Shown here in pieces: positions 43,566 to 52,410 of a DNA stretch of 64,000 nt. The translations under genes and the position numbers were made by a program. Source of the DNA: Prorocentrum cordatum. Its lineage: Eukaryota. The notes beneath the pieces are model-generated. The model was not told the origin of the DNA. It did not search any database and saw only the letters and a list, made by a program, of their open reading frames with translations. Every line of letters begins with the position of its first letter. Positions within the stretch are counted from its first letter, which is position 1. Where the stretch lies: the NCBI GenBank assembly GCA_963575745.1, contig CAUYUJ010000305.1:1-64000 (forward strand). The letters run 5' to 3'.

Positions 43566-43619
43566 GGAGGAGGAGGAGGAGGAGGAGGAGGAGGAGGAGG
43601 AGGAGGAGGAGGAGGAGGA
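43566..43619. repeat. Pure (GGA)18 microsatellite abutting the LINE 3' end
   Basis: 54 nt of uninterrupted GGA. Confidence 0.98.
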
Positions 43620-43659
43620 TCATGCTGGATCATGCTGCGATGCCACACACGTGGCCAGT

Positions 43660-46600
43660 TCAATCGCTGTCACCGCTATCATCACCACCGCTGCCCAACC
43701 CCTGCACACGAGCACCAGCGAGCACTGTCTGCCCCTGACCCTGGGCTCTGAGCTGGGCAGCGACTTCCTCAAGCTCATTCTCCTCATGCAAGCGAGCGGC
43801 AGCGGCAGCAAAAGCAGCAGCCGCGTCCTCGCCCACGGGTGGGGCGTCCTCGCAGACCGTCATCACGTCGGCCAGCTCTCCGACAGGGCGATCGGACGAG
43901 CGGGCCACATACTCATCAAAAATGGGCCTCTCCTCCATTGGCCTCACGGCACCACCCACGCCCCCAGTTCCTTCCCGAGGGGGTGGCGGGAGGGCTCGCG
44001 CAGCAACATCCAGCGCCGCCGCCTCACGCAAGGCCACGGGTGGGCCCCGATAAGACGGAAAAACACCCTTCTTAATTCGCTTGAGGTTTTCGCCCCCCTT
44101 TCGAGTGGGGGGGGCACACACTCTCTGAAGCCACCGACCGTCTGTCGTGGCTGTGAAACCACATCGCTGACAGAAGGTCAGCCCGAACGCACGCATCCTG
44201 GCGAGGCGGTGGCTGTGGTGAAGCTTCACAGCGCCAACCCACACCTCTCCCGAGATCGCCTCGAAACCCTCTCCAAACTCAGGGCTCAAACCCAGCGTTT
44301 CAGCCGAATCCGACGGCAGCGACGGGATCGGAACGCGGCACGGGGTCGAGGCGACAGCGAGCACCTGGCTCCTCGGGACAATCACCTTGCACACATCGCA
44401 ACGCCAGCGACCAGCGAACGGGCGAAACTTGTGCGCACTATCGCGGATCGCCTGGTCGAATTTAGTGGGCTTGCGGACCTTGGACGCTGGCGGAGCTCTG
44501 ACCCCTTCCCAAGGTTCAACCTCGAGCGCCAGCATCATCGCCCTTCTGGCCCTTCTACGCACCAGTGCCGCCGTCGTATCCCACAGGTCAGTCCGAGGGG
44601 GAGGGGCCACCACACACCAATCCCAGGACCACTGGGCCACCACCCCCGCATAGGCGTCGGCACTGGCGTTGCCCTGGCACATAAAAATATCAAACGGGGA
44701 AGTTACCGACTGCAGATTTTCCTCCGTGTGGGAGGGCGTCCAGAAAAGCGAAACCTCCCCAGGGCCACGGGGGCGGAGAGCCCGAGAAGCACGAACCCAC
44801 AAGTCCCCGTTCGGGCCCCGAGGGGAGGAGGCACGGCCACCGAGCCAATCAGAAAGCAAACTCTTGCAGTCGGTAATATAGCATGACGGACCTTGCGAGT
44901 GCTCAAGCGCGAGACAGAAGGCCTGGAGCTCTGCTCTAGGGACCGTTTGCCGACGGCCTGACAAAACCTGTCCTACACCGCACTGAGGCACCCAAGAATT
45001 AGGCGACGAGGGGTCCTGGCACATCATCACCACAGCCGAGCCGCGTCGCCTACGCCTGGGATCAGAGCTGAACTCGCCCCCAGATCCGTCACCGAAGATA
45101 AACACAGGAGGGCCTCCAGGCTCCGAGCAGAAATCGGCAATACAGCCATCCCCCAGAAGGACCTCCTGGGCCGTTTCCGCAGTCTCGACAAACCTAGGCA
45201 CCGTGAGGTCCTTCGAGGGCACTCCCCTGAGCCACAAGGCCGGCTGGGCCTCAAGGCCCGCGAGGGCCTGGGGGGTCAAAAAATCCGTTTTTGAAAAGTC
45301 TTCGTGTCCGCAATTGGCTGGGCATAGCCAAATGCGGTGAGCTAAAGTCTCAGGCTGCTCCTTACATCGGGGGCAAAGCGGCGGGCAGGAATATCCTGCG
45401 GCAATCTGCCGCTCACGAGTCCACTGGCCCCCCGAGATGACGGCAATGTCGGCGGCCCACTCGTCGAACTTGGACTTGGCAGCCAGGCGGTTCAGCTCAA
45501 TCTGCACCGTCGTCATGTCCGCTCCTGCTGCCAGATCCTCGCCCGCCCCATGGTGGGCCGCTTCCTTCCACTGCAGCTGAACACAATCATCCATGAAAGC
45601 GCCGAGCATATCCTGAAAATGCGAAGGAACAGCTGTAGCGAACTGCTCATCACCAAAAGCAGGAAACAGCCAATCATCGATCGTACCATCTGGCAAGGGA
45701 CGTGACCAGACATCAGGACTTTGCGGATCCCAGCCAATCTGCAAGAGCGTGGCCTGCACCGCGGCGATGGGGCCGCGCGCATCCTTCCACTTCACCACCT
45801 GTCGCTCAGCAGCGCCACGACGCAACTTCGCCAGTGTGATCGGCCACATCTTGCGAATGCGAGGATGGAGCATCGGCTGGGAAAGCCACAAAGCAATCCA
45901 CTCCTTAATCATCTGCTTCCTCAAATCTATGCCAGGATCAGGAACCCCAAACACAGCTTGTAATACAGAATTCAAACACCTGCCACGCTTCGTCCCAGCA
46001 ACACTCGCTGCAGCATCCCGCCTCGAAGCCAACAGAGAAGATGGAGGGGTGCCCATTATCTGATGGCCAAAGACTGCAGCAGGTAACACTCCAGTGGTGT
46101 AGAGCTTCTTGGTGATGAACCTGGTCTTGGGAAGCTGCCTCAATCGCATAACTTTTCGCTGCCGCCGTCGAGCCTGCGCACTTCGTTTCATCATCCGAGG
46201 CGCTGTCCGCCGTCGCCCTGCAGCAGCATCAGAGCCCAAGTCGACAGTGGAGCGCACGAACTGCACAGGGATACCTTTGCGAACCAGTCGACGCTGTAAC
46301 TCCACACCCATCTCATCAGAACTGGCGACAAGCTTCGTTTTGTTAGAAATCTTCAACCTGAGCTTCTTGAGCCCAGTGGCCATAGCGTCAGCAGAAGCGT
46401 CCAACTTATCAATCACCTGCTGCGTTTTGCCCTCCGCCCGACCGGCAATATCATCCACATAACTCCACAATCCAGTCGGGGGACAAGCACGGTGAACCTC
46501 ATCCAGCAACTGATGAAGCATAACTTTGGCGAGCGGAACGCCATGTCCAGAACCAGCGACGATCGAACGTGAAACCACCAAGGCGTCCGATATCATCTGG

Positions 46601-49068
46601 CCCTTCTTCAAAAGCCTGGGAGAAGAGTAAAGACCCACTTCCAATAAGAGGAAGATTGCTGGAAATCCGATGTTCAAGCCAGCCTGCATCAGCAACACGA
46701 AAGACACCGAGTCGTAGAACTTAGTGAGGTCCAAGAACAGTGTCGCATGCTCAAAAGACAAGGCGTTGGCGCCTTCATCCATCACAGCTCTGATCAGTGC
46801 CGCTCTGAGCGCTGAAGATCCAGCAATAGCAGTATCCCAAAATGCAGATTGGGCAGCTGACCATTCACCTGAGTGTTTCGCACGCACCTTAGACCATATT
46901 CTGTGCGGCGTCGGAGCCCGCCCCAACACTCTGTTGCCTCCAGCTTCCTTGGGAATCGCAGCGCCCAGGACCGAGCTGAGGGGCGACGGCCAGGCGCCAG
47001 CCTGCTCGATATTATTCAATATATCCACAAGACGCTGCCTTGCCACCAATGGCTGTCGCTGAATATCAATGGGGTTCAGCACGTCCACGCCCTTCGCCTT
47101 CGTCGCTGGCAGCGTGGGCAGCACAGCGTCCACGTCCATGATGGCGATAGCAGGAAGTGGGTCATCTCGAGCAGCTGACAGACACTGGCCCATCATATAC
47201 AAAATATCTGCAGGCTGATCGACAGGATCTCGCCACATCGCATTCCATTCAGAGGCAGACGTCTGGAGCATCGTCTGCTTGTCCGTGGTGATAGCACCTG
47301 CCGCGTCGCGGCCCTCCCACTCCAAGGGCGGAGCCTGCTTCGCATGCCGATGTACATCACCAGGCTTAGATGACCAGGACTCCTTCACCCACTTGACAAA
47401 GGACGAGCGCGAAGCTAACAAAGCCCGAGAAGTCGACAAGTCCGCCCACTTGCGCGCGGTGTCCACCAAGGAAGTGAGCTGGCCAACAGGGGCGCGATCC
47501 AAATCAGCAGCCATAGCTTTCCACAACTCAACCTCCTCAGCGGTGGACTTCTTGCCGAAGTACTCGACCGTCTTATCAGCAGGCAAGACTCCAATCCTGG
47601 CCTGTACTTCACGTGCACAGTAAGCAGCCTGATCAGGATCAGCACCATTAACACGGAGAGCCGCATGCCGAAACAACAAAGTGCTGACAACACCCCACCA
47701 CTCGGCCTGCTCGTTCTTCATGTGAGCGCGCCCAGGGGAGGAAGTGACCTTGGCCCAATAGCAAGCAGGGCCACGAGCACGACCTGAGAACTGCATCCAA
47801 GTACCGGCATCGACCTGCTCGTGAATCAAAGTGGCACGCTCCAATGTAGAAATCCAAGCTCCGTAAGACACATCCAGCCGAGCACGATCCTCAGGTTGCC
47901 ATTCAAAGACAAAGTGCTGACTGCGGTCGAAAGCTGCAACTTTGCCACGGGCACCCTCTGGCTCATCCTCAAACAGCTGGGGGAGGCCCTCCCAATGCAC
48001 CTGTGTCTGAGCTTCAAACCAAGTCTCCTCAGGAATGGCGAAAGACACAGTGGGCGCTGGCGGAGGCGCTGGCGGCTCCAGCTCGTCGAAGCCCTCCTGG
48101 AACTCGATGGGAAGCGCCTGCATGCGCCTCTGCCTCTGCTCTTCTCTCTTTTTAGACCGCTTACTCGCAGGATCAGCAACTGCAACGGGTCTATCACGAA
48201 CGGGAAGAGGCTCGGGCACTGCCAGGTGCCTATACCATCGCTGAGAACGGGCAGCCTTCACAGTAACAACCACTCCACAGTGTGTCTCCCATGGCACACG
48301 CAACTCAGCTCGAAGCGACAACTCTGGACAACCAACACTGGCAAGACCATAATCGTACATGCGCCCTGGCCCTTTGTCGCAGGTCGCTCGGCAGGACGGC
48401 GTCACCGCGACGGCGCCGAGCTTCTGGGGCCAACCAGTGCCTCGCAAGGCCGCGGGCTCGATGTTCCAGTCCGCCATCGCCAGCCAGGGGTCCGCGAGCG
48501 CGCGCGTGAAAGCCCCCAGCGCCACCAGCGCGTCATGGTTCCAGCCCTTCACGCCGAGGCCTGGCTGGAGGTAGGCAGCGATCAGGATCAAGTTGCCGCC
48601 CCTGGCGTGGATCACCGTCGGCGCGAAGCCACGGCAAGGGTCCAGGCGCCCAGCAGCGAGCGCCGTACGCCGAGCACTCTCAAAGCTCGACGTCGCCACA
48701 TGTTTCTTCGCCAGAATCCACTCGCCACCAGACAAGCCAGCCACTGACTTGCCCGAAGGGCGGGCGGCCGTGTAAGCCAAACGCCAGCCGTCTTTATCAA
48801 TCGCCTGGCAGATGTCTGGCATGTCCTTCTCTCCTTCGTGTGTCTCAACTAGGGCCACGATGCTGCGCTCCTGCTCCTGGGCTGAGAAACGCGCAGCCTG
48901 CGGGCCCCGCTCCGTGATGTTGCCGAAAAAGATGTCCAAGGACGTGTCGTCATCAGACTCTGGATGAGGTACGCCTGCAGCTCCCCCCCTGCAGGACGGG
49001 GGGCGAGCCGTGCTAAACACGGCCTGCGCCAGCACCAGCAGCCGCAACGCCCTTGCCAGCGCCCGCAT
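43660..49068 (-). CDS. LINE ORF2 polyprotein: APE/EEP endonuclease, reverse transcriptase, CCHC zinc finger, RNase H, C-terminal Cys/His knuckles (start uncertain: in-frame ATGs include 49068, 49101 and 50043)
   Basis: APE motifs GNI, LVETH, GG, AAY, MADWN, YDYGL, WETH (~48940-48260). RT motifs KAKGVD, IPKEAGGNR, LFLDLTKFYD, SIVAG, YVDD (46450-46461), DLG. Finger CPRC-x8-H-x4-C (~45320-45375). RNase H motifs FGDGS, QTVPRAEL, ITDC, PSH, GNASAD (~45100-44650). Knuckles H..RWRCDVC and H..FCQRC..C. No internal stops. Confidence 0.95.
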   Translation of the reverse strand: MRALARALRLLVLAQAVFSTARPPSCRGGAAGVPHPESDDDTSLDIFFGNITERGPQAARFSAQEQERSIVALVETHEGEKDMPDICQAIDKDGWRLAYTAARPSGKSVAGLSGGEWILAKKHVATSSFESARRTALAAGRLDPCRGFAPTVIHARGGNLILIAAYLQPGLGVKGWNHDALVALGAFTRALADPWLAMADWNIEPAALRGTGWPQKLGAVAVTPSCRATCDKGPGRMYDYGLASVGCPELSLRAELRVPWETHCGVVVTVKAARSQRWYRHLAVPEPLPVRDRPVAVADPASKRSKKREEQRQRRMQALPIEFQEGFDELEPPAPPPAPTVSFAIPEETWFEAQTQVHWEGLPQLFEDEPEGARGKVAAFDRSQHFVFEWQPEDRARLDVSYGAWISTLERATLIHEQVDAGTWMQFSGRARGPACYWAKVTSSPGRAHMKNEQAEWWGVVSTLLFRHAALRVNGADPDQAAYCAREVQARIGVLPADKTVEYFGKKSTAEEVELWKAMAADLDRAPVGQLTSLVDTARKWADLSTSRALLASRSSFVKWVKESWSSKPGDVHRHAKQAPPLEWEGRDAAGAITTDKQTMLQTSASEWNAMWRDPVDQPADILYMMGQCLSAARDDPLPAIAIMDVDAVLPTLPATKAKGVDVLNPIDIQRQPLVARQRLVDILNNIEQAGAWPSPLSSVLGAAIPKEAGGNRVLGRAPTPHRIWSKVRAKHSGEWSAAQSAFWDTAIAGSSALRAALIRAVMDEGANALSFEHATLFLDLTKFYDSVSFVLLMQAGLNIGFPAIFLLLEVGLYSSPRLLKKGQMISDALVVSRSIVAGSGHGVPLAKVMLHQLLDEVHRACPPTGLWSYVDDIAGRAEGKTQQVIDKLDASADAMATGLKKLRLKISNKTKLVASSDEMGVELQRRLVRKGIPVQFVRSTVDLGSDAAAGRRRTAPRMMKRSAQARRRQRKVMRLRQLPKTRFITKKLYTTGVLPAAVFGHQIMGTPPSSLLASRRDAAASVAGTKRGRCLNSVLQAVFGVPDPGIDLRKQMIKEWIALWLSQPMLHPRIRKMWPITLAKLRRGAAERQVVKWKDARGPIAAVQATLLQIGWDPQSPDVWSRPLPDGTIDDWLFPAFGDEQFATAVPSHFQDMLGAFMDDCVQLQWKEAAHHGAGEDLAAGADMTTVQIELNRLAAKSKFDEWAADIAVISGGQWTRERQIAAGYSCPPLCPRCKEQPETLAHRIWLCPANCGHEDFSKTDFLTPQALAGLEAQPALWLRGVPSKDLTVPRFVETAETAQEVLLGDGCIADFCSEPGGPPVFIFGDGSGGEFSSDPRRRRRGSAVVMMCQDPSSPNSWVPQCGVGQVLSGRRQTVPRAELQAFCLALEHSQGPSCYITDCKSLLSDWLGGRASSPRGPNGDLWVRASRALRPRGPGEVSLFWTPSHTEENLQSVTSPFDIFMCQGNASADAYAGVVAQWSWDWCVVAPPPRTDLWDTTAALVRRRARRAMMLALEVEPWEGVRAPPASKVRKPTKFDQAIRDSAHKFRPFAGRWRCDVCKVIVPRSQVLAVASTPCRVPIPSLPSDSAETLGLSPEFGEGFEAISGEVWVGAVKLHHSHRLARMRAFGLTFCQRCGFTATTDGRWLQRVCAPPTRKGGENLKRIKKGVFPSYRGPPVALREAAALDVAARALPPPPREGTGGVGGAVRPMEERPIFDEYVARSSDRPVGELADVMTVCEDAPPVGEDAAAAFAAAAARLHEENELEEVAAQLRAQGQGQTVLAGARVQGLGSGGDDSGDSD

Positions 49069-50053
49069 TGCCGCCTTTGCCAGCGCCAGCGGCCTTGCCA
49101 TCAGCGGCCGCACGCGCCTGCGCCTGGGCGCAGCTCTTGATGCGCTCCAGCATGGCCTTCTGGTCGCTCTCCTGCACCACGACCTTCGCCTTGCTGGGCC
49201 CAGCAGCGGCAGCAGCGGCGCCGGGCGCCGCAGCGGCGCAGCACGCCGCGGGCGTGCCTTCGGCGCCGCCGCCAGCAACGGCCTCGCCATCGGCGCCGCG
49301 CTTGCGCCGCTTGGCCGCCGCCGCCGTGTGCGCCGACCTCGTGCGCTCCAGCAAGTCCTGGAACTCCTTCTGCTTGGCGTCGACCAGCTGGGTGACCTCC
49401 TCCAGCTGCTTCTGGAAATGCTCAAGCGCCTGCCTGTCGGACTCCTCCAGCTCATCGAGGCACTCGAACAGCCCAGGGTCCAGGACGAAGCCCGACTGCT
49501 TGGTGGCCGCCTCGGGCGGGTTCGCCGCCTCCTGCACCTCCAGACGGTGCAGATCGGCGGCCAAGACAGCGTCCGCCGCCTCGTCGAACTTGGCCTGGTC
49601 CTTCTCAAGCTGGAGGCGGGACTGCTCCAGCTTCTTCGCGGCCTTCTCCAAAGCCTCCTGCTTGCGAGAGCAATCCGCCGTAGCCTCCTTGAGCAGAGCA
49701 TGCTGGGGCTTGGGCGGCGGCGCAGGGGCCGCCGCGAGCTTCTGGGACGCCAGGGTGCTGAACTCCGTCGCAAGGCGCGCCGCGTCTGGGTCCCCATCGA
49801 GACCTGCACCAGCGAGAGCCTTCGACAGGTAGTCCCCGAAGTTGGCGAGAGACGGCTGAGACTGCCCATGGTCATGCCATCCACCGCCCGAGGACCACGG
49901 CGCCCACCACGTGCCGCTCGTCGTAGTACTCCATCCTGGCTGAGGGGTATTGCAGACTGCGCACACCCCTTTCTGCTTCTTGAGCCTCCAATTCCACGCC
50001 CAGTTGCCACACTGCACGCAAGTGGAGAAACCCTGCTTGCCATACTTGACCAT
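49013..50053 (-). CDS. LINE ORF1 protein (346 aa from the ATG at 50053): N-terminal C4 zinc finger, coiled coil, basic NLS-like patch, Ala/Gly-rich tail
   Basis: MVKYGKQ start; CVQC-x15-CAVC; heptad-like segments KQEALEKAAKKLEQSRLQLEKDQAKFDEA and EHFQKQLEEVTQLVDAKQKEFQDLLE; AKRRKR. Lies between the SL/5' UTR and ORF2; TAG stop at 49015-49013. Confidence 0.88.
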   Translation of the reverse strand: MVKYGKQGFSTCVQCGNWAWNWRLKKQKGVCAVCNTPQPGWSTTTSGTWWAPWSSGGGWHDHGQSQPSLANFGDYLSKALAGAGLDGDPDAARLATEFSTLASQKLAAAPAPPPKPQHALLKEATADCSRKQEALEKAAKKLEQSRLQLEKDQAKFDEAADAVLAADLHRLEVQEAANPPEAATKQSGFVLDPGLFECLDELEESDRQALEHFQKQLEEVTQLVDAKQKEFQDLLERTRSAHTAAAAKRRKRGADGEAVAGGGAEGTPAACCAAAAPGAAAAAAGPSKAKVVVQESDQKAMLERIKSCAQAQARAAADGKAAGAGKGGNAGAGKGVAAAGAGAGRV

Positions 50054-50177
50054 CCGCTCCTGCAGGAGCTCACAAAGTATGCTCCGACAGGAGCTCACAA
50101 AAGCACTTCAGACTGGCTCGGGAGACAGAGCTATCCCAGTTTGGCACGGAGGCGCGGAGCCCCCTCGGTGCATCAGC

Positions 50178-50199
50178 CTTGAGCCAAAATGGCTACGGA
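50178..50199 (-). other. Dinoflagellate spliced leader (DinoSL), full-length 22-nt genomic copy
   Basis: Plus strand CTTGAGCCAAAATGGCTACGGA = minus strand TCCGTAGCCATTTTGGCTCAAG, a 22/22 match to the established DinoSL DCCGTAGCCATTTTGGCTCAAG. It is followed by the LINE 5' UTR rather than a recognisable SL-RNA intron. Confidence 0.97.
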
Positions 50200-50200
50200 A

Positions 50201-50317
50201 GGAGGAGGAGGAGGAGGAGGAGGAGGAGGAGGAGGAGGAGGAGGAGGAGGAGGAGGAGGAGGAGGAGGAGGAGGAGGAGGAGGAGGAGGAGGAGGAGGAG
50301 GAGGAGGAGGAGGAGGA
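50201..50317. repeat. Pure (GGA)39 microsatellite abutting the LINE 5' end and SL
   Basis: 117 nt of uninterrupted GGA. Confidence 0.98.
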
Positions 50318-50402
50318 AGGGTCGCGCCGACACTCGTCCGCCAAGGGGGCCTACGGGGGGTGGGGAGGGGGGCGGGCGCGTCGGGGGAGGGAGGCGGGGG
50401 TC

Positions 50403-50444
50403 CTCGGCGCAGGCGGCCGCGAGGCCGTCGCCCGCCATGGGCCC
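50403..50444 (-). CDS. Candidate exon upstream of the LINE (GPMAGDGLAAACAE)
   Basis: CAG|G acceptor and GAG|GA donor, 42 nt, phase 0. The next plausible acceptor (CAG|GAT at 43529) lies just past the LINE 3' flank. Confidence 0.3.
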
Positions 50445-52410
50445 CTGGGAGGCCGCCGGGTCCGGCGGGCAGGGCGGGCGGCGGGAGGGTGAGAGGGAGA
50501 CGCGTTGCGGAAGCCTATCGGCTGCACGCAAGAGTGACCCTGGGTAAGAGTGACCTTTGGTGCGCGGCTTTCTGGGGGCCAACGGGGGAACAAGCCTGGG
50601 CGCGCAAGCTGCTGCTCCTGCTTCGGTTTCAGCCATCTGGGGACCCATCTGTGCCCGCACCAAAGGTCACTCTGGCGAAAGGTCACTCTTACGTCTAGTC
50701 GAGCCTAGGGCAGAAAACCATCTCTCAGAGCATAGTGGGCCCGGCGCGACCCCAATGAGGGGGAAGCTTCCTGGTGCTGCAAGGGCGCCGTGCTTGGCAT
50801 GGCTTGGCACTGCTTGGCAGTGCATGGAGGGCCCCAAGACGGCCCAGGGAGGCTCCCAAGACGGCTCCCGAACGCGGCAAGAGTGCCAGGAACGGCGCAA
50901 GATAGCCAAAGAGGCCCCCAAGAAGCACCCAAAGGTCCCCAAGAGGCCCAAGGAGGCCCCCACGAGGCCTCCAAGAGGCCCCCAGGAAGCTCCGAGGAGG
51001 CCCCAAGAGTGATCCAAGAAACTCCCAAAAGGTCTCACCATCCTTCTCATCCTCCTTGTTCCTGCCAACCTCGTCCTCCTCTTCTTCCCCCGCGTGCTCC
51101 CCGAAGGGCTTCCACAACGGCTGGGCGAACGCATGGGTCGATAGCTTGGCCAATCTTTGCCCACGCGTTTGGCCGCATAGGCGAACCCCAAAAAGGCAGG
51201 GAGCGGCGGTGATTCTTCGCAGGCGCCGTTGAGAAACATTAGACAACTCTGCGGTCTGCGCGGGATTCTCCGATCGGCGCTGGACCCTCTCCCTGGCGCG
51301 CGGGGCGCGCCAGGGGGCGGGGGGGGCTCCAGTCGGAGACATCTGCGCAGGCCTCCTTGCACTTCTTGAAGGGTCCCTGGGACACACAAAGAAATACACA
51401 CAAATAACAGGATTCCCCATATGTTCCCATGTGTTCTGGGTTCTTGTCTTCCCCCCCACTTCCCATAGTCTCCCATCTTGTTCTAAGAATCGTAATTGTG
51501 TCTGCGTGCTCGTTCCCCTCCTGGCTGATGATGTCACTGGTTGCTCCCCGAGTGGGGGAGCAGCAGCCCGGACCCCCCGACGCCATGATTTTGTCCCAGC
51601 CATCCTGTGGTCCTTTTCTGAGGAGACAGCGCCCCGCCTCTCCCCGCCCCGCCTCTCCTCGCCTCCTCCCCCTCCCCCCGTTCCTCCCTCCTCCCCCTCC
51701 TCCGCGCCTCTCCTCTCCTCTCCTCTCCTCTCCTCTCCTCTCCACTCCTCTCCTTTTTTCCTCCTCCCCTCCCCTCCTCCCCCCTCCCCCTCATCCACCA
51801 TCAGCGCCTCTCCTCTCCTCTCCTCTCCTCTCCTCTCCTCTCCTCTCCTCTCCTCTCCTCTCCTCTCCTCCTTTTCCTCCTCCCCCTTCTCCCTCCTCCC
51901 CCTCCTCCCACCATCAGCAAACCGAAGGCCCCAGTGGCAGGGCTCGCATGCACTTCCACCCTCATCTCGTAGCACCCCTCACACGGTTCGTGGCCCCAGA
52001 GGGGGGCTCCGACGAAGGCCCCAGCGGCAGGATTCGCATGCACTTTCACCCTCATTGCGGCGCACCCCTCACACGTTTCGTGGCCCCATAGGGAGCTCCA
52101 TCGAATGCATCAGTGGCAGAGTTCGTATGCAGTTCCGCCCTCATTTCGGCGCACCCCTCACACGGCTCGTGGACACATGGAGCTCCATCGAAGGCCCCAG
52201 TGGCAGGATTCGCGTGCAGCTCCACCTTCATTTCGGCGCACCCCTCACACGGTTCGTGGCCCCATAGGGAGCTGCACCGAAGACCACAGCAGCAGGGTTC
52301 GCATGCAGTTCCTCCCCCATTTCGGCGCACCCCTCACACGGTCCGTAGCTACATAGGGAGCTCCACCGAAGGCCACATTGGCAGGGTTCGCATGCATTTC
52401 CACCCTCATT

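Larger units (their letters stand above)
43620..50199 (-). mobile_element. Full-length non-LTR retrotransposon (LINE; ORF1 plus APE-RT-RNase H ORF2), 5'-capped by DinoSL and embedded in (TCC)n
   Basis: Minus strand reads: DinoSL (50199-50178), 124-nt 5' UTR, ORF1, stop-free ORF2, ~40-nt 3' UTR ending GCAGCATGATCCAGCATGA, then directly (TCC)18. (TCC)39 lies upstream of the SL. No LTRs, TIRs or poly(A). Confidence 0.95.

Noticed and set aside
43450..50182. Plus-strand ORFs of 478, 308, 390 and 259 aa over the LINE
   Set aside because: Antisense shadows of GC-rich coding sequence with no recognisable motifs.
50178..50199. Functional SL RNA gene
   Set aside because: No GT-starting SL intron follows and the upstream sequence is microsatellite; the leader is fused to the LINE 5' UTR.
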